A program made the translations under genes and the position numbers. DNA of 58,297 nucleotides from a virus (lineage: Duplodnaviria; Caudoviricetes): IMG/VR virus record IMGVR_UViG_3300024255_002562, positions 1-58,297 of that record; one strand, 5' to 3'. The notes under the pieces were generated by a model that made no database searches, was not told the DNA's origin, and was given only the letters and a program-made list of their open reading frames with translations. Positions 9,927 through 20,643 of this stretch are shown piece by piece (positions within the stretch are counted from its first letter, which is position 1; each line of letters opens with the position of its first letter).

Positions 9927-10655
9927 TTATATTTGAAATATGGATTCTATGATAAAAGATTTTCTTGTCTTGTCTTTTATTTCACCAGACATTAAAACTG
10001 TAGATTCTTCATATATTATATCCTTGTGTTGCCCATATAACTCCGTAAATATAACAATATTTTCTAATTCTCCAGATTCATCTTCTATTGAAAGGAATGC
10101 CATAATATCACCTTTTGTTGTTTTGTGAGTTTTGACTCTTTTTATAATGACCGCTAACGTTGATTTTGAGGTCTTTCCTTCTGATACCTCTTTACAGGTA
10201 GTATCGGCAAAGCTTGCGTCACTACATGCACTAAGTTGAGAGTGGTTAATTTCAACCCCAAGTAGTTTTTCTTCTGCCCTAGCATAAATGGCAGGATCAT
10301 CAGATAAAGACCTTCCGGGGTTTTTCAATTGAGATAACAGCATTTTCACTTTATCTCGCCTTCTGTCGGACGATATAAAACCGCCCTCTTTTTTTGTACC
10401 TTTACTTAGCAAGTTTTCAACATGCATAAATATAGGATCGTTTTTATTGTCTTCATTTATCAAGGAAACTAACCCCTCTAACTCCTTTTTGGTCATAGCT
10501 CCTTTTGCAGTGATAAGAGATGACACATGATGTGACATTTCAGACCTACTAACTCCAAATAAAGACATCGCTCCTGACTCTATCAAGTTTTTAGACATCG
10601 TTTTATTCAAACCGGGAATTACCTTGAATAGCATTTCACTCCAAGTGATATTCAT
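9927..10655 (-). CDS. dnaE: DNA polymerase III alpha, C-terminal fragment (HhH remnant + OB fold)
   Basis: NLIESGAMSLFG, EEKLLG, KTTKGDIMAFLSIEDESGELE.VIF.ELY. Confidence 0.85.
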   Translation of the reverse strand: MNITWSEMLFKVIPGLNKTMSKNLIESGAMSLFGVSRSEMSHHVSSLITAKGAMTKKELEGLVSLINEDNKNDPIFMHVENLLSKGTKKEGGFISSDRRRDKVKMLLSQLKNPGRSLSDDPAIYARAEEKLLGVEINHSQLSACSDASFADTTCKEVSEGKTSKSTLAVIIKRVKTHKTTKGDIMAFLSIEDESGELENIVIFTELYGQHKDIIYEESTVLMSGEIKDKTRKSFIIESIFQI

Positions 10656-11488
10656 AATAGCTCCTTCATTATTCCAACGTACTTGTCCAGATGTGCTTTT
10701 CCGATACTTTTAATATCACATATCCCAAAATATAAATCATTATTAACTATTTCGAAAGTTTCATGCGGATGTTTTAGAGTTGGTCCAAATACTTTTATAT
10801 CATCAGACTTTGCAGACAGGACTAACATCTTCTTATATAAATCCGGTTTTATCTTATGTTTCGCGTTTCTAAGTGAATGTTTATAAAACACTATCGATCT
10901 ATTGCATTTTCTGTAAGCGGACGCATAAGCCATCAAAGCGTAACCTACAGCGTGGGACTTATTGAACGAATAGCGATTCGATTTTTCGATAATGCCAAAT
11001 ACTTCATGAATCTTTTCCTCTGGTACATTATTTGATCGACAGCCTGTGACAAACTTTTCTTTTACCTGCTTCATCAAATCAGCTTGTTTTTTTCCAATAG
11101 CTTTTCTAAGGGAATCAGCCTCTTCTAGTGTAAAACCAGCCATTACTTCTGCAATTTTCATAGCTTGTTCTTGATATACGATCACTCCGTAAGTTGGCTC
11201 AATGATATGATCAATTGACTTATATAAACTTTTTACTTCTTCTGTCTCATGTTTTCCATCGACGTAAATCTGAGCCATATTCTTTCCGTTGACTTTGTTA
11301 GCAAGACACCCCGGACGAATGATGGATATAACGTCCGCTAATTCTGCAATAGTTCTAGGTTGTGCTTTTTGACACCAAGTTTTACCAAGATATCCTTCTA
11401 TTTGAAAACACCCTTTTGTTTTTCCTTCACAGATCATATCCCACACATTAGTGTCGTTTTTGTTTTCATCTAGAAAAATATTCTTCAT
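10652..11488 (-). CDS. dnaE: DNA polymerase III alpha, middle (fingers) fragment
   Basis: GKTKGCFQIEG, IIRPG, TYGVIVYQEQAM, ADSLRKAIGKK, YSFNKSHAVGY. Confidence 0.92.
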   Translation of the reverse strand: MKNIFLDENKNDTNVWDMICEGKTKGCFQIEGYLGKTWCQKAQPRTIAELADVISIIRPGCLANKVNGKNMAQIYVDGKHETEEVKSLYKSIDHIIEPTYGVIVYQEQAMKIAEVMAGFTLEEADSLRKAIGKKQADLMKQVKEKFVTGCRSNNVPEEKIHEVFGIIEKSNRYSFNKSHAVGYALMAYASAYRKCNRSIVFYKHSLRNAKHKIKPDLYKKMLVLSAKSDDIKVFGPTLKHPHETFEIVNNDLYFGICDIKSIGKAHLDKYVGIMKELL

Positions 11489-12180
11489 TAAGCACCTTTT
11501 GACTTAAATACGTTCTTAAAATCTTTTTTAGCCGCAATCCCTCTAATCATTTTTTGGTAACGAATAAACACTTCCGCAGTCATAATAACGTCAGACATAG
11601 CATCGTGTGCAGTTCCTTTAGCGTATCCCATATGTTTCCTAATAAGATTATCAGCACTTAAAGAATTAACATCCTTATCGTTTTCAAATAAAGTGAACAT
11701 CTGATCGTATACGTCTATTGATGTAATTGGATTAAAGATTCCTTGCGTTTTGAATTTTTTATCAACGGGACCGAAGTTATATGGATCAGACATACATAAT
11801 CTCTTAACTATAGGATTATCAAAATTCTTAATATTATAACCAACAGCAATAGGTGCTGTAAAGCTATTTCCTTTATAGTTATATTGATTAACATAATCTA
11901 CAAAGTTTCTCCAAACGGATTCAGTCTCTGGTGCATCTTCTAGAATTTCTCTAGTTTTTCCGTGAACAGCTACCGCTCCCGGTTGAAGTGGGTCAAGCCC
12001 AAGCTTTTCGCACTCGTCTTCGTCGAAAATAGGTTTCATTAGTGATTCAAATTCACTTCCCGGTATAATTTCTAATTTACGAGAATGGATAGCTACGGCA
12101 GCAATTTGCACAGGCTGTGTGCGGGTCGGGTCTGCTGATGAAGTCTCGAAATCAAATACGATAAAACTCTTATAATTCAT
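11488..12180 (-). CDS. DEDDh 3'-5' exonuclease (DnaQ/epsilon-like)
   Basis: VFDFETS, GYNIKNFD, AHDAMSDV; start likely ATG 12180. Confidence 0.9.
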   Translation of the reverse strand: MNYKSFIVFDFETSSADPTRTQPVQIAAVAIHSRKLEIIPGSEFESLMKPIFDEDECEKLGLDPLQPGAVAVHGKTREILEDAPETESVWRNFVDYVNQYNYKGNSFTAPIAVGYNIKNFDNPIVKRLCMSDPYNFGPVDKKFKTQGIFNPITSIDVYDQMFTLFENDKDVNSLSADNLIRKHMGYAKGTAHDAMSDVIMTAEVFIRYQKMIRGIAAKKDFKNVFKSKGA

Positions 12181-13972
12181 ATTTTTCTCCTTCGATGACG
12201 TAAGGGTCATCGTCTATGTCCGTCAGGACTTTAAGTAAGTTAACTCCTAAAATATCTACTTTTACTCCACCACAAGCTTCGAGGTCTTCCATCTGCATAC
12301 TTGCTATCAATTCTTCGCTATTTTTTTGACGAATCATCGGGCATATTTCAACAATAGGATCGCATGAAATGACAACTCCAGCAGCATGTTTACCTTGAGT
12401 CTTGTATATGCCTTCCATCCTGATAGCTTGTTCAAATTCTCTAGCGAAATCCCCTTTGATTTTATCTCCTTCGAGCCAACAATAATCAGCTAAAGAATCC
12501 GGATCATTCTCTAGTGACCACATTATCACAGATGGATCATCCATTTCTTCCAGTAAATCGGAAATGTCTGCTTCAGCTACTATCTTTTTTGTTATTTCGT
12601 TCATTTGATCAGGAGAGCATGATTCATTAGCACGAAAAACTTCTTTAAGAATAGATCGACCAGCCATTTTTCCATATGTGATCATCTGACAAACATTTTC
12701 GCTGCCGTATTTTTCACGAATATAGTTAATAACATCCTCTCTCACATTAGGAGGAAAGTCAATATCAATATCTGGTAACGATATATTGTCTACGGTATTT
12801 CTTCCTTTATTATAAAACCTTTCAAAGATTAAGTCAAACTCAATTGGGTCAATTAACGTAATTCCAGATAAATAACAGACTAAAGAACCTCCACTCGACC
12901 CTCTTCCCGGAGCTATAAGTACGCCTTGTTTTGCAAAGTGATTAACATAATCTTGTACGATCAAAAAATAGCCAGATAACTTTGCTTCTTTAATAACTTC
13001 TATTTCGTGATTAAATCTTTTTTCATACTTTTCTTGATTTTCATCAGGCACAAGCCTGTTCCAATTACTTTTACATAATTCTATCAAGTAATCTATTTCA
13101 GATTGACCTTCTGGAGTTTTAAATCGAGGTAATTTTGGGGAAGAAAGAACGTTAAATTCCTCACACTTAGAAACTAACGAATCCATATTATCTAATAGCC
13201 AAGATTGATAAGCTTCAGAAATGCTTTCAGGCTTTTTGATATAGTAGTTTACATTCCTGATAAACTTCATCATTTCAGGTCTGTTCTCTATTTTACTGAC
13301 AAGTTTGTTCAGCGTTGAATGAGTTTCAACACACATCAAAATTTTATGATCAATATTATCTTTTCTCTTAGGATAGTATGTTTCACTAGACGGTATTACG
13401 TTTAGGTATCCAGAGTCTAATATCAAGTCAGCCATAATAGAAGCTTCTTCATACTCCTCAGATGCCATTAAGTCTATCTCAAGGTAGTAATTATCGCCAA
13501 ACATATCACATAGTAGACTTATATGGTCATTTACTATCTCTTTTTTTTCTTGTTCTTTTGCTTCACTAATACAATTAAAAAGAAAGCTACCAATATATCC
13601 ATCTATACAAATGAAGTTGCTGCAATCAATTAGACTGAATAGTTCTTCTTTTGGAATCATTGCGTGAGTCGTATAATGCTTCTCGCTATTAGCGACAGAG
13701 ATTACTTTTAGTAAGTCTTTCCATGCCTTTTTGTTTTTACATATTAGTGTAATCTTAGAATCATCTTCAAAGACTACGTCCAATCCAATAATTGGAGTGA
13801 TATCATTTTTTTTACAGCTTTTGATAAACTTAATACATCCGCTAATGCTAAGAATATCTGTAATTCCGGCGTACTTATACCCATACTCTTTACAATGCTC
13901 AACAATCTTCTCGCATTTTGATGTTGCTTTTAATAATGAGTAATGAGAGTGATTTCTAATTGGGTGATACAT
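12170..13972 (-). CDS. dnaE: DNA polymerase III alpha, N-terminal fragment (PHP + palm)
   Basis: NHSHYSLL, GITD, YFLIVQD, GRGSSGGSLVCY, FERF, LPDIDIDF, GKHAAGVVI, KVDILG. Confidence 0.95.
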   Translation of the reverse strand: MYHPIRNHSHYSLLKATSKCEKIVEHCKEYGYKYAGITDILSISGCIKFIKSCKKNDITPIIGLDVVFEDDSKITLICKNKKAWKDLLKVISVANSEKHYTTHAMIPKEELFSLIDCSNFICIDGYIGSFLFNCISEAKEQEKKEIVNDHISLLCDMFGDNYYLEIDLMASEEYEEASIMADLILDSGYLNVIPSSETYYPKRKDNIDHKILMCVETHSTLNKLVSKIENRPEMMKFIRNVNYYIKKPESISEAYQSWLLDNMDSLVSKCEEFNVLSSPKLPRFKTPEGQSEIDYLIELCKSNWNRLVPDENQEKYEKRFNHEIEVIKEAKLSGYFLIVQDYVNHFAKQGVLIAPGRGSSGGSLVCYLSGITLIDPIEFDLIFERFYNKGRNTVDNISLPDIDIDFPPNVREDVINYIREKYGSENVCQMITYGKMAGRSILKEVFRANESCSPDQMNEITKKIVAEADISDLLEEMDDPSVIMWSLENDPDSLADYCWLEGDKIKGDFAREFEQAIRMEGIYKTQGKHAAGVVISCDPIVEICPMIRQKNSEELIASMQMEDLEACGGVKVDILGVNLLKVLTDIDDDPYVIEGEKYEL

Positions 13973-13973
13973 A

Positions 13974-15005
13974 TTATATTTTTGGTCCTACTTCTGAACT
14001 GTCATCTTTAGCTAACACTCCTCCGCCATCACCATAAATTTTTAACTTCTTAATGTTTCCATATTTCTCAGTAACGGCATCTACTCCTTCAGATTTTATC
14101 ATCTGATGATACTCATTGCAAGTGGAAGTTCCAGTTTCTTCGTTTATTTTAGAAAAAGCACAAAGATATTTGCATTTCCAGTGAGTTTGATCCCTAGATA
14201 TCTGCTTAGGAACTTGAACATTTTTTATGTACTGGAATTTTTGCTTGATCATATTCTCAGCTTTTTTGAAATCATCATCATCAAAAGCTATGTCAAATAT
14301 ACCGCCATCATTTACATAATAGATACTGATATAGAATTCACGTTCCGGAAATTTCCGTTTGAGAGCATAGTAGTATAATAACAACTGCGGGTCTTTAGTC
14401 AAGCATTCGTAGGTTTTTTCTTTGCCTGTTGCCCAATTTAACCTCTTCCCCGATTTATAATCTAGGATTCTAAAGTATACATCGCTTTCTTTAATTACAA
14501 CATCTACTGTTCCTTTTATAGATAAATATCCAGATACCTCCTCTTCTTTTATTTTGTATTTGTACTTCGCCCAGTCTTCCTTTATTTCTATGTCAAAAAA
14601 TAATTCCGTATCAATAATTTCTTGATTTCGTGGGTCTAAACTACAATTATTATAAGTGATGGCTTTGTTAACCCATCTGATGCACTGCCTCAAGTCCGCT
14701 GGAGTTAGGTCTACGTCTGTCTCATGTGCTTTATAGTGATTGAAGCTAATAGTTGTAATATAATCAATATCGTCGCATTGCTTTAGCGTCAAGTCTTCAA
14801 TGTCGTCATTCTTGACTTTTCTTTTATTGTTATTTTGAGCTATTTTCTTATCCCCCAAAATTTGTAAAGCCCTATGCATTATTGTACCAAGAACAGCTTT
14901 CTTGTTAGTCTTACCTCTAAAACCAAGAGTGTACTGAAAGAAATATTGCATTTCACACATTCCTAGTGTGCCTATAGAGGAACTTCGGAGGTAGCATACT
15001 ATCAT
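13974..15005 (-). CDS. PD-(D/E)XK exonuclease (Cas4/AddB-like, Fe-S cysteines)
   Basis: SSS..C.MQY, GTIMHRAL, KGTVD, ILDYKSG, QLLLYYYAL, CKYLC...C. Confidence 0.85.
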   Translation of the reverse strand: MIVCYLRSSSIGTLGMCEMQYFFQYTLGFRGKTNKKAVLGTIMHRALQILGDKKIAQNNNKRKVKNDDIEDLTLKQCDDIDYITTISFNHYKAHETDVDLTPADLRQCIRWVNKAITYNNCSLDPRNQEIIDTELFFDIEIKEDWAKYKYKIKEEEVSGYLSIKGTVDVVIKESDVYFRILDYKSGKRLNWATGKEKTYECLTKDPQLLLYYYALKRKFPEREFYISIYYVNDGGIFDIAFDDDDFKKAENMIKQKFQYIKNVQVPKQISRDQTHWKCKYLCAFSKINEETGTSTCNEYHQMIKSEGVDAVTEKYGNIKKLKIYGDGGGVLAKDDSSEVGPKI

Positions 15006-15871
15006 ACTTTCACCTGTTGCTTATTCATGCCTTCTGCGGGACTAATAACATTATTATCAAAAAGACCTTTCATAAGAGCATCGCACGACTCATGTATTGT
15101 CATTTCTCTATTGTCGATGACTAGATCATACTTCAAGTAATTATCACAGTTATTTTCGGAGTCATGAGATTGATTGAGTGGATTTCTTAATAAACGAACC
15201 AAGAACGCCCCTTTTTCTTTAAGAGTCTCTAATTCGTCTACAAACCTGCAATCTGATATGATTGATAACTCAGAAGATGATGCACTTATTCTTTCTACGC
15301 AATTGTCAATCCATACGTTTAAATACATCTTACGCATAATGTCAGTCCCAAAGAACTGAAGGACTTCACGAACAGTCATTTTTCCAGCTTCATGAAAAGT
15401 AAGACCGAGTTCTTTTTTAATATACTTTTTGTAGTCATCTAAAGAAAAACCATCCTTTCCAACTCCAGCATGAGCCATGTCAGTTTTACACGTTTCTGGA
15501 GTTACTACCGATGGCATGTTTTCCCATCTTAGATTTGTCTTTTTGTTTTTATCTTCATTAGTTCCATAAAGATCGTTAATATCTACATGAAATAATCCAG
15601 AGACAATCTCTTTCAAAGAGTCAGCCATGCTAAATTTTTTCACAAAAGGATAAATGTAATTCTCTGCATAACTAACAAACTCTGCCGTTTTTTTATTTAG
15701 GTTGACTATTCCCATTTCGTCATTACCAACGTCAACAACTAACTGACCATCCTTTGAGATAAAATACTTAGTTATAACATCATTTCTTACTAATTCATAT
15801 CCATGTAAAAAATTTGATAGCGTATCTTTTCCTGATTGTGCTTTTCCTGATATTGCAATAATTTTACTCAT
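15002..15871 (-). CDS. deoxynucleoside monophosphate kinase
   Basis: IAISGKAQSGKDT, MADSLKE, REVLQFFGTD, ISDCRF.DE. Confidence 0.9.
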   Translation of the reverse strand: MSKIIAISGKAQSGKDTLSNFLHGYELVRNDVITKYFISKDGQLVVDVGNDEMGIVNLNKKTAEFVSYAENYIYPFVKKFSMADSLKEIVSGLFHVDINDLYGTNEDKNKKTNLRWENMPSVVTPETCKTDMAHAGVGKDGFSLDDYKKYIKKELGLTFHEAGKMTVREVLQFFGTDIMRKMYLNVWIDNCVERISASSSELSIISDCRFVDELETLKEKGAFLVRLLRNPLNQSHDSENNCDNYLKYDLVIDNREMTIHESCDALMKGLFDNNVISPAEGMNKQQVKV

Positions 15872-16895
15872 TTATTATTCTTTCTATTTCTGGTTTTATT
15901 GTTTTATGTATTTCTTCAACAGACATATCCTCTATGTCATTATTAGTCGATCTTAAGTCGTGTATATCAAACTGATAGCTTAGTCTATCATGAATATCTT
16001 CCCTGCATCTTTCTCCAGCTTTGTCATTGTCTGTAATAATTATTAATTTGTCAACATTCATTTTTTGAAGTAGAAATTCCTGAACGTCACTCAACTTAGA
16101 ACCAAACAAACCGACAGCATTCTTAATACCAGATTCCCATAATCGAAGAACTCCGCCCTGTCCTTCCACTATAACAACGGTAGATGTTTGTGCTATTGTA
16201 TCCAAAGCTCGGCTATGATTGTATAAATAATTTCTAATATTGAAGTTTTTTTGATTCCTCCATCTAAAAGAATCATCTGTACTGCGACCGACACATCCTA
16301 CCATTAAGTCACCAGACTCGTTATATACAGGAAAAACTACCCTATTATACATTTCCGAGTTAGGCATTGTACAAAGACCGACATCAAATTCATCTAAAGT
16401 TTCTTTTTTAAATCCTCTATTGATATATTCCTTAGAGGGTATTTCTAAAAATTTTCTTATATGATCTTTTGTGTTCTTTTTATTAACTGTTGATACAGAT
16501 TTTTGCATAGGTTTTTTAATTCTCTTTGTCTTTTTTTTGCTTTTGCAAAACGACTCAACAAATAGAACCATATCACGAAATGAGCATTTTTTATTAGTTT
16601 TGTTAGACAGTAAAGCCTGAATTAAAGATAAAATATCTCTTCCATGACACTCATGACACTTCTTCGTGTTACAAAACCATATTCCATAGAACTCGCTGTC
16701 CTCATTAATATTTATATTGAAAGCCGAAAAATTATCTCCATCATGCACAGGGCATGTAGAAACAAGCAACTCGCCACTTTGATAGTAATTATTGACTTCA
16801 AAGAAATCTAATAAATCAAAAATCCTCTCCATCGCCATCTGCTTCAAAAGGGCAATCTTCTTTATCTGGAAAGCCTTGCTGTATAGAGTTCTCAT
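15864..16895 (-). CDS. dnaG: DNA primase
   Basis: Zn finger CPVHDGD...C..C, RVVFPV, GR, TOPRIM IVEG...DNDKAG. Confidence 0.9.
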   Translation of the reverse strand: MRTLYSKAFQIKKIALLKQMAMERIFDLLDFFEVNNYYQSGELLVSTCPVHDGDNFSAFNININEDSEFYGIWFCNTKKCHECHGRDILSLIQALLSNKTNKKCSFRDMVLFVESFCKSKKKTKRIKKPMQKSVSTVNKKNTKDHIRKFLEIPSKEYINRGFKKETLDEFDVGLCTMPNSEMYNRVVFPVYNESGDLMVGCVGRSTDDSFRWRNQKNFNIRNYLYNHSRALDTIAQTSTVVIVEGQGGVLRLWESGIKNAVGLFGSKLSDVQEFLLQKMNVDKLIIITDNDKAGERCREDIHDRLSYQFDIHDLRSTNNDIEDMSVEEIHKTIKPEIERIINE

Positions 16896-18282
16896 TATTT
16901 TTAAGGCTCCTTATTGTACCTATTTCTTTTACTTTTGCCAACGATCCGTGGACTTCTAAACAAACATATCCTTCGTCCTCCATTCCCGGACCATGCCTTG
17001 ATGCCACAATTATCAATTTTTTGTTTCCATTTCTATGTCCATCCGTGTTTATCTCATCCTGAGTCTTGTCTTTAAAGATAGTAAAGCTAGTACATAGCCA
17101 AACAAGCCTATCTGAGCCAGAAGCCACATCCGATGTTTCTTTTGTTATTCCATCTCTATTTAGCTGGACAAAAGCTACGCAAGGGCAATCATGCTCTACG
17201 CAGAAATTATGTAAAGCAGTAATCTGAAAGCCCAGCACTTGAAATTCAGCAAGGTTTCCGTTGATGCTAGATGAATCCATAAGCTTCAAATAATCAAAAA
17301 CAATTAGACAGTCGTTCAAGACCCCATTTTCATCATATCCGACTTCTTTAAGAACCCACCTTCTAGCAGTAGAAAGTATTTCATCAAACTGTTTTCCAGC
17401 GATACTAATATAAGAATACGGAATAGAATCTATCTTATTACTAGCTTCAAGAACTCTATTAATATGCTCTTGATTACCTTGAAAGCTCCCGTCACTGATT
17501 TGATTAATTTCCACTCCACTTAAGTTAGACAACAATCTATTATGGTGATCGGTTTTGCTCATTTCTGTATCCAGCATAAGAACTGGAATATTCAAATTGG
17601 AACTAATATTTAAGGCAAAATTATCAGCTAAAATACTTTTTCCCGTTTTTGGACGCGCTCCTATCAGGTCAACGCATTTTCTTCGAAACCCACCTCCGAT
17701 AGCTTTGTCATATTCGCTCAGTCCGCTTGGTATTCCAGCAGGTTTTGGTTTATTTTCTAGAAGAGATTTTACATATTCATGTATGTCGGAGCCAATTAAC
17801 TGTGGGGTAGTCTCTTCTTCCTTCATGTAAGACAGAGATATTTTTTGAAAAGGAGCCTCAGCTAACGAAAATATTTCACTAAGCTTTTCGTCTCCAGAAA
17901 CTTTTCCTATATTTTCATAGATATTCTTGCATTCAGACTGCATTTTTCTAGCAAATTCAAGTCTGCTTATTTTCTTTCCATGATCTCTTATAGAATCAAG
18001 ACCAACAGAAAGATTAAACAATGAATCTAGTTTATCAGAAAATCCATCCCTTTTAAAAATTTCATCTAATCCTAGAGTTTGAGAAGAAGACCTAATCATA
18101 GAATAGTCTATCTTATCGCAATCCTTCTTAAAGGCATTCTCTAGGCATTTAAAAATTACTTTATTATCATTATTTACAAAAGTGCTTTCCTGAACAAATC
18201 CATCAATATCAATAAATGCTTCTGTTCCATACTGAATCAATCCAGACAAAACGGCATCTTCTGAAGCTAAATTCGTTATCAT
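16816..18282 (-). CDS. dnaB: replicative DNA helicase
   Basis: GARPKTGKS, DTEM, IVFDYLKLM, QLNR, SRHGP; start likely ATG 18282. Confidence 0.93.
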   Translation of the reverse strand: MITNLASEDAVLSGLIQYGTEAFIDIDGFVQESTFVNNDNKVIFKCLENAFKKDCDKIDYSMIRSSSQTLGLDEIFKRDGFSDKLDSLFNLSVGLDSIRDHGKKISRLEFARKMQSECKNIYENIGKVSGDEKLSEIFSLAEAPFQKISLSYMKEEETTPQLIGSDIHEYVKSLLENKPKPAGIPSGLSEYDKAIGGGFRRKCVDLIGARPKTGKSILADNFALNISSNLNIPVLMLDTEMSKTDHHNRLLSNLSGVEINQISDGSFQGNQEHINRVLEASNKIDSIPYSYISIAGKQFDEILSTARRWVLKEVGYDENGVLNDCLIVFDYLKLMDSSSINGNLAEFQVLGFQITALHNFCVEHDCPCVAFVQLNRDGITKETSDVASGSDRLVWLCTSFTIFKDKTQDEINTDGHRNGNKKLIIVASRHGPGMEDEGYVCLEVHGSLAKVKEIGTIRSLKNNENSIQQGFPDKEDCPFEADGDGEDF

Positions 18283-18743
18283 CCAATTTCCTTGTACGCA
18301 CATCTTTCACATTTGTATATATCGCCTTCTCTTAAGTATTTAAGATAGACTTTTCGTTCTTTCTGGCAAGAGGCACACTTCATAATTCTAGATGGTGACT
18401 TTCCTCTTTTAGATGTTATTACGGAAGAGTCATCAATATGACTAGCTCCATCTTCTTCAGTTTTTATAGATTTAGCAATTTTATCGTTAAAACTATTACC
18501 CTTGAAAGAAACCGATTCTCTTCCCTTCTTTTTTGTAGCAGAAACAATAACATCTTCTTCTTCTTCTTTGGCTGGTTGAGAGGTAACGGCAGGCTTCTTC
18601 TTGGGTCTCCCCCTCTTCTTTTTTACTGGTTTTTCTACTTCTTCACCTAACATATTGCACAACAGAACAAAAGCCTCGTCGTTTTTACCATTTTTCATTT
18701 TCACATGAATAGCTCTTAACTCTTTTAAAAAATCACCTAGCAT
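18279..18743 (-). CDS. basic protein with AT-hook-like motif and C-terminal Zn ribbon
   Basis: KKKRGRPKKK; CASC...CERC. Confidence 0.6.
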   Translation of the reverse strand: MLGDFLKELRAIHVKMKNGKNDEAFVLLCNMLGEEVEKPVKKKRGRPKKKPAVTSQPAKEEEEDVIVSATKKKGRESVSFKGNSFNDKIAKSIKTEEDGASHIDDSSVITSKRGKSPSRIMKCASCQKERKVYLKYLREGDIYKCERCAYKEIG

Positions 18744-19227
18744 TATAATAACTCCTTGTTTTCCCTAAATCTTGAAATAATGATACCTTCTTTTTTATAT
18801 CTTTGCACGAATTTTCTAATAAATTTATACCAGACTTCATTTTATGATAAGCTTCGTCCAACAATTGACCATAAGAATCAGCGGCAAGGATAGATTGTTT
18901 TCTAACATCTGAGGTTAAAAATTTATCATAATTGTACCATTGTTCTTTGTAAAGGATGTTCATTAACCTATTACACCACTCAAATTCGCTTCTAATTGAA
19001 TCGAGCCTAGACTGAAGAAGAGAAGCATAATTCATTAGCACTAGAGCGTTAGCGTAGCATTCTTCTGACGTGAGACCCATGATCTCATCATAACTCATGA
19101 CCAGCACAGAGTCAACTTCATCGTGAAACTCATAAGAAGGAAGGTTATTCTCTTTTAAAAAACCCTTAATCCATAGCTTGAACTCTTCTATTGGATTGGT
19201 CGTACTTTCTGTAATATCTCTTTCCAT
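18733..19227 (-). CDS. hypothetical coiled-coil protein
   Basis: 164 aa helical ORF in the recombination block. Confidence 0.55.
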   Translation of the reverse strand: MERDITESTTNPIEEFKLWIKGFLKENNLPSYEFHDEVDSVLVMSYDEIMGLTSEECYANALVLMNYASLLQSRLDSIRSEFEWCNRLMNILYKEQWYNYDKFLTSDVRKQSILAADSYGQLLDEAYHKMKSGINLLENSCKDIKKKVSLFQDLGKTRSYYNAR

Positions 19228-19619
19228 TCTTTTTTCCTATTATATGGCAACTCTATTACTTCTATGCCGTTGTTTTCACACCACTCTATCTTATCTTTAT
19301 CTCTTTTTTTACACTGATAAAAATGAAGAACGGATTTATGAAAAAAAGAACTATATTCGTAATGTTGCTGCCCATGAACTTCAACAACTAAAGCTAAATC
19401 TGGAATGTAGAAGTCCGCAAACAATAAAGACTGTTTGACTGCCCTTTTTGATCCCGGAAGTGTTATCTCTTCATAAACAGAATATTGAGAAAATAACTCT
19501 TTTATCAACTCCCTAGCTTTTATATGTAAGGAGGATTTATTTGTGTCGTATTTTCTTTTATTATGTTTTGAATAATTGAACACATGCTCTTTATTATCAA
19601 ACCCAATGACTTTAAACAA
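19188..19619 (-). CDS. DUF559/Vsr-like endonuclease
   Basis: LFADFYIPDLALVVEVHGQQHY...RDKDKIEWC. Confidence 0.8.
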   Translation of the reverse strand: MFKVIGFDNKEHVFNYSKHNKRKYDTNKSSLHIKARELIKELFSQYSVYEEITLPGSKRAVKQSLLFADFYIPDLALVVEVHGQQHYEYSSFFHKSVLHFYQCKKRDKDKIEWCENNGIEVIELPYNRKKEWKEILQKVRPIQ

Positions 19620-20643
19620 AAATTTCCTTTATCTTTTCTAGCATTAGCTTATAAACGTCGTCTCTTGAACTGATGAAATTATAAAGCTTTGCTTGACCTT
19701 GATATTTTGGCGGCTCTGTAAACTCGAATTGATTTTCTAAGAAGTCAACCTTGTACCACGATCCGCCCTTTTCTATTATACCAAATAACTCCGCTAATTC
19801 AATCATTTCTTGGACTTTATCTATACCTATTCCATATCTAAGGTAACTCTGAGCCTCAGTTCCGGAAGCACCGAGAGACGAACATCCTATATTCCAAATG
19901 ACCTTTTGTCCAACCTTTTTTCCGTCTTCTTCCCAATTTTCTATTTTTGAAATATCTAATCGAGTGTCCGCTTGATACTGAACCATCACACCGCAATCTG
20001 GTATTTTTATTTTTCCATAGCCAGAAGTGTTTGTTATATAATGAGTTATGATGATTACTATTATTTTATTTTGAGTTACGCTGTGAGCGTTTTTCTTCAC
20101 CCAATGCGAAAGTAGTTTTGGCAAACTAGCCCTGAGAGTAGCAGATGGGTCTTCTTCTAGCTCGGCTCTTGGAACCAAAGAAGAACAGGAATCAATTACA
20201 CACACTGCTCCTTTGTTCTTAGGCATCTTAAACATTGATTCAGCAATTTTCAAAAAATCTTCCGCAGCTAATGCGTCCCCTTCATCTTCTCCATGAACAA
20301 CCTGAAACTCATCGAGATTCAAACCCTGCACTCCAACAAGGTTATAATCCTTCAAGCGACTCTCAGCGTCAAGGTAGATGACATTACGACCTTCATCTTG
20401 TGCATTTTTGCAAATTTGTAGAGCCGTCGTGCTTTTTCCGCCTTTTGGATTACCGCTAATTATAGTCCAAGTTCCTTCTAACAGCCCGCCGTTAAGAGCT
20501 AAATCAAGATTTGGACTAACTGATAATGTTTTATAATCCTTCTTTTTTACTCTTAACTCTGACCCCGTTGAGATCACTTTACCAAAATGTTTTTTTATAG
20601 CGGCTTCAGTGCTTAGGTCTGTTTTCTTTTTATCTTTTGCCAT
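19612..20643 (-). CDS. recA: RecA/UvsX-like recombinase
   Basis: LDLALNGG, GNPKGGKST, YLDAE, VIDS, YGIGID, IEKGGSWY. Confidence 0.9.
   Translation of the reverse strand: MAKDKKKTDLSTEAAIKKHFGKVISTGSELRVKKKDYKTLSVSPNLDLALNGGLLEGTWTIISGNPKGGKSTTALQICKNAQDEGRNVIYLDAESRLKDYNLVGVQGLNLDEFQVVHGEDEGDALAAEDFLKIAESMFKMPKNKGAVCVIDSCSSLVPRAELEEDPSATLRASLPKLLSHWVKKNAHSVTQNKIIVIIITHYITNTSGYGKIKIPDCGVMVQYQADTRLDISKIENWEEDGKKVGQKVIWNIGCSSLGASGTEAQSYLRYGIGIDKVQEMIELAELFGIIEKGGSWYKVDFLENQFEFTEPPKYQGQAKLYNFISSRDDVYKLMLEKIKEIFV

Noticed and set aside
10652-13972. Split intein in dnaE
   Set aside because: No intein block motifs visible at the fragment ends; confirmation needs an HMM search.
13974-15005. CRISPR-associated Cas4
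   Set aside because: Solo Cas4/AddB-like nuclease in a replication cluster with no cas1/cas2 or array.
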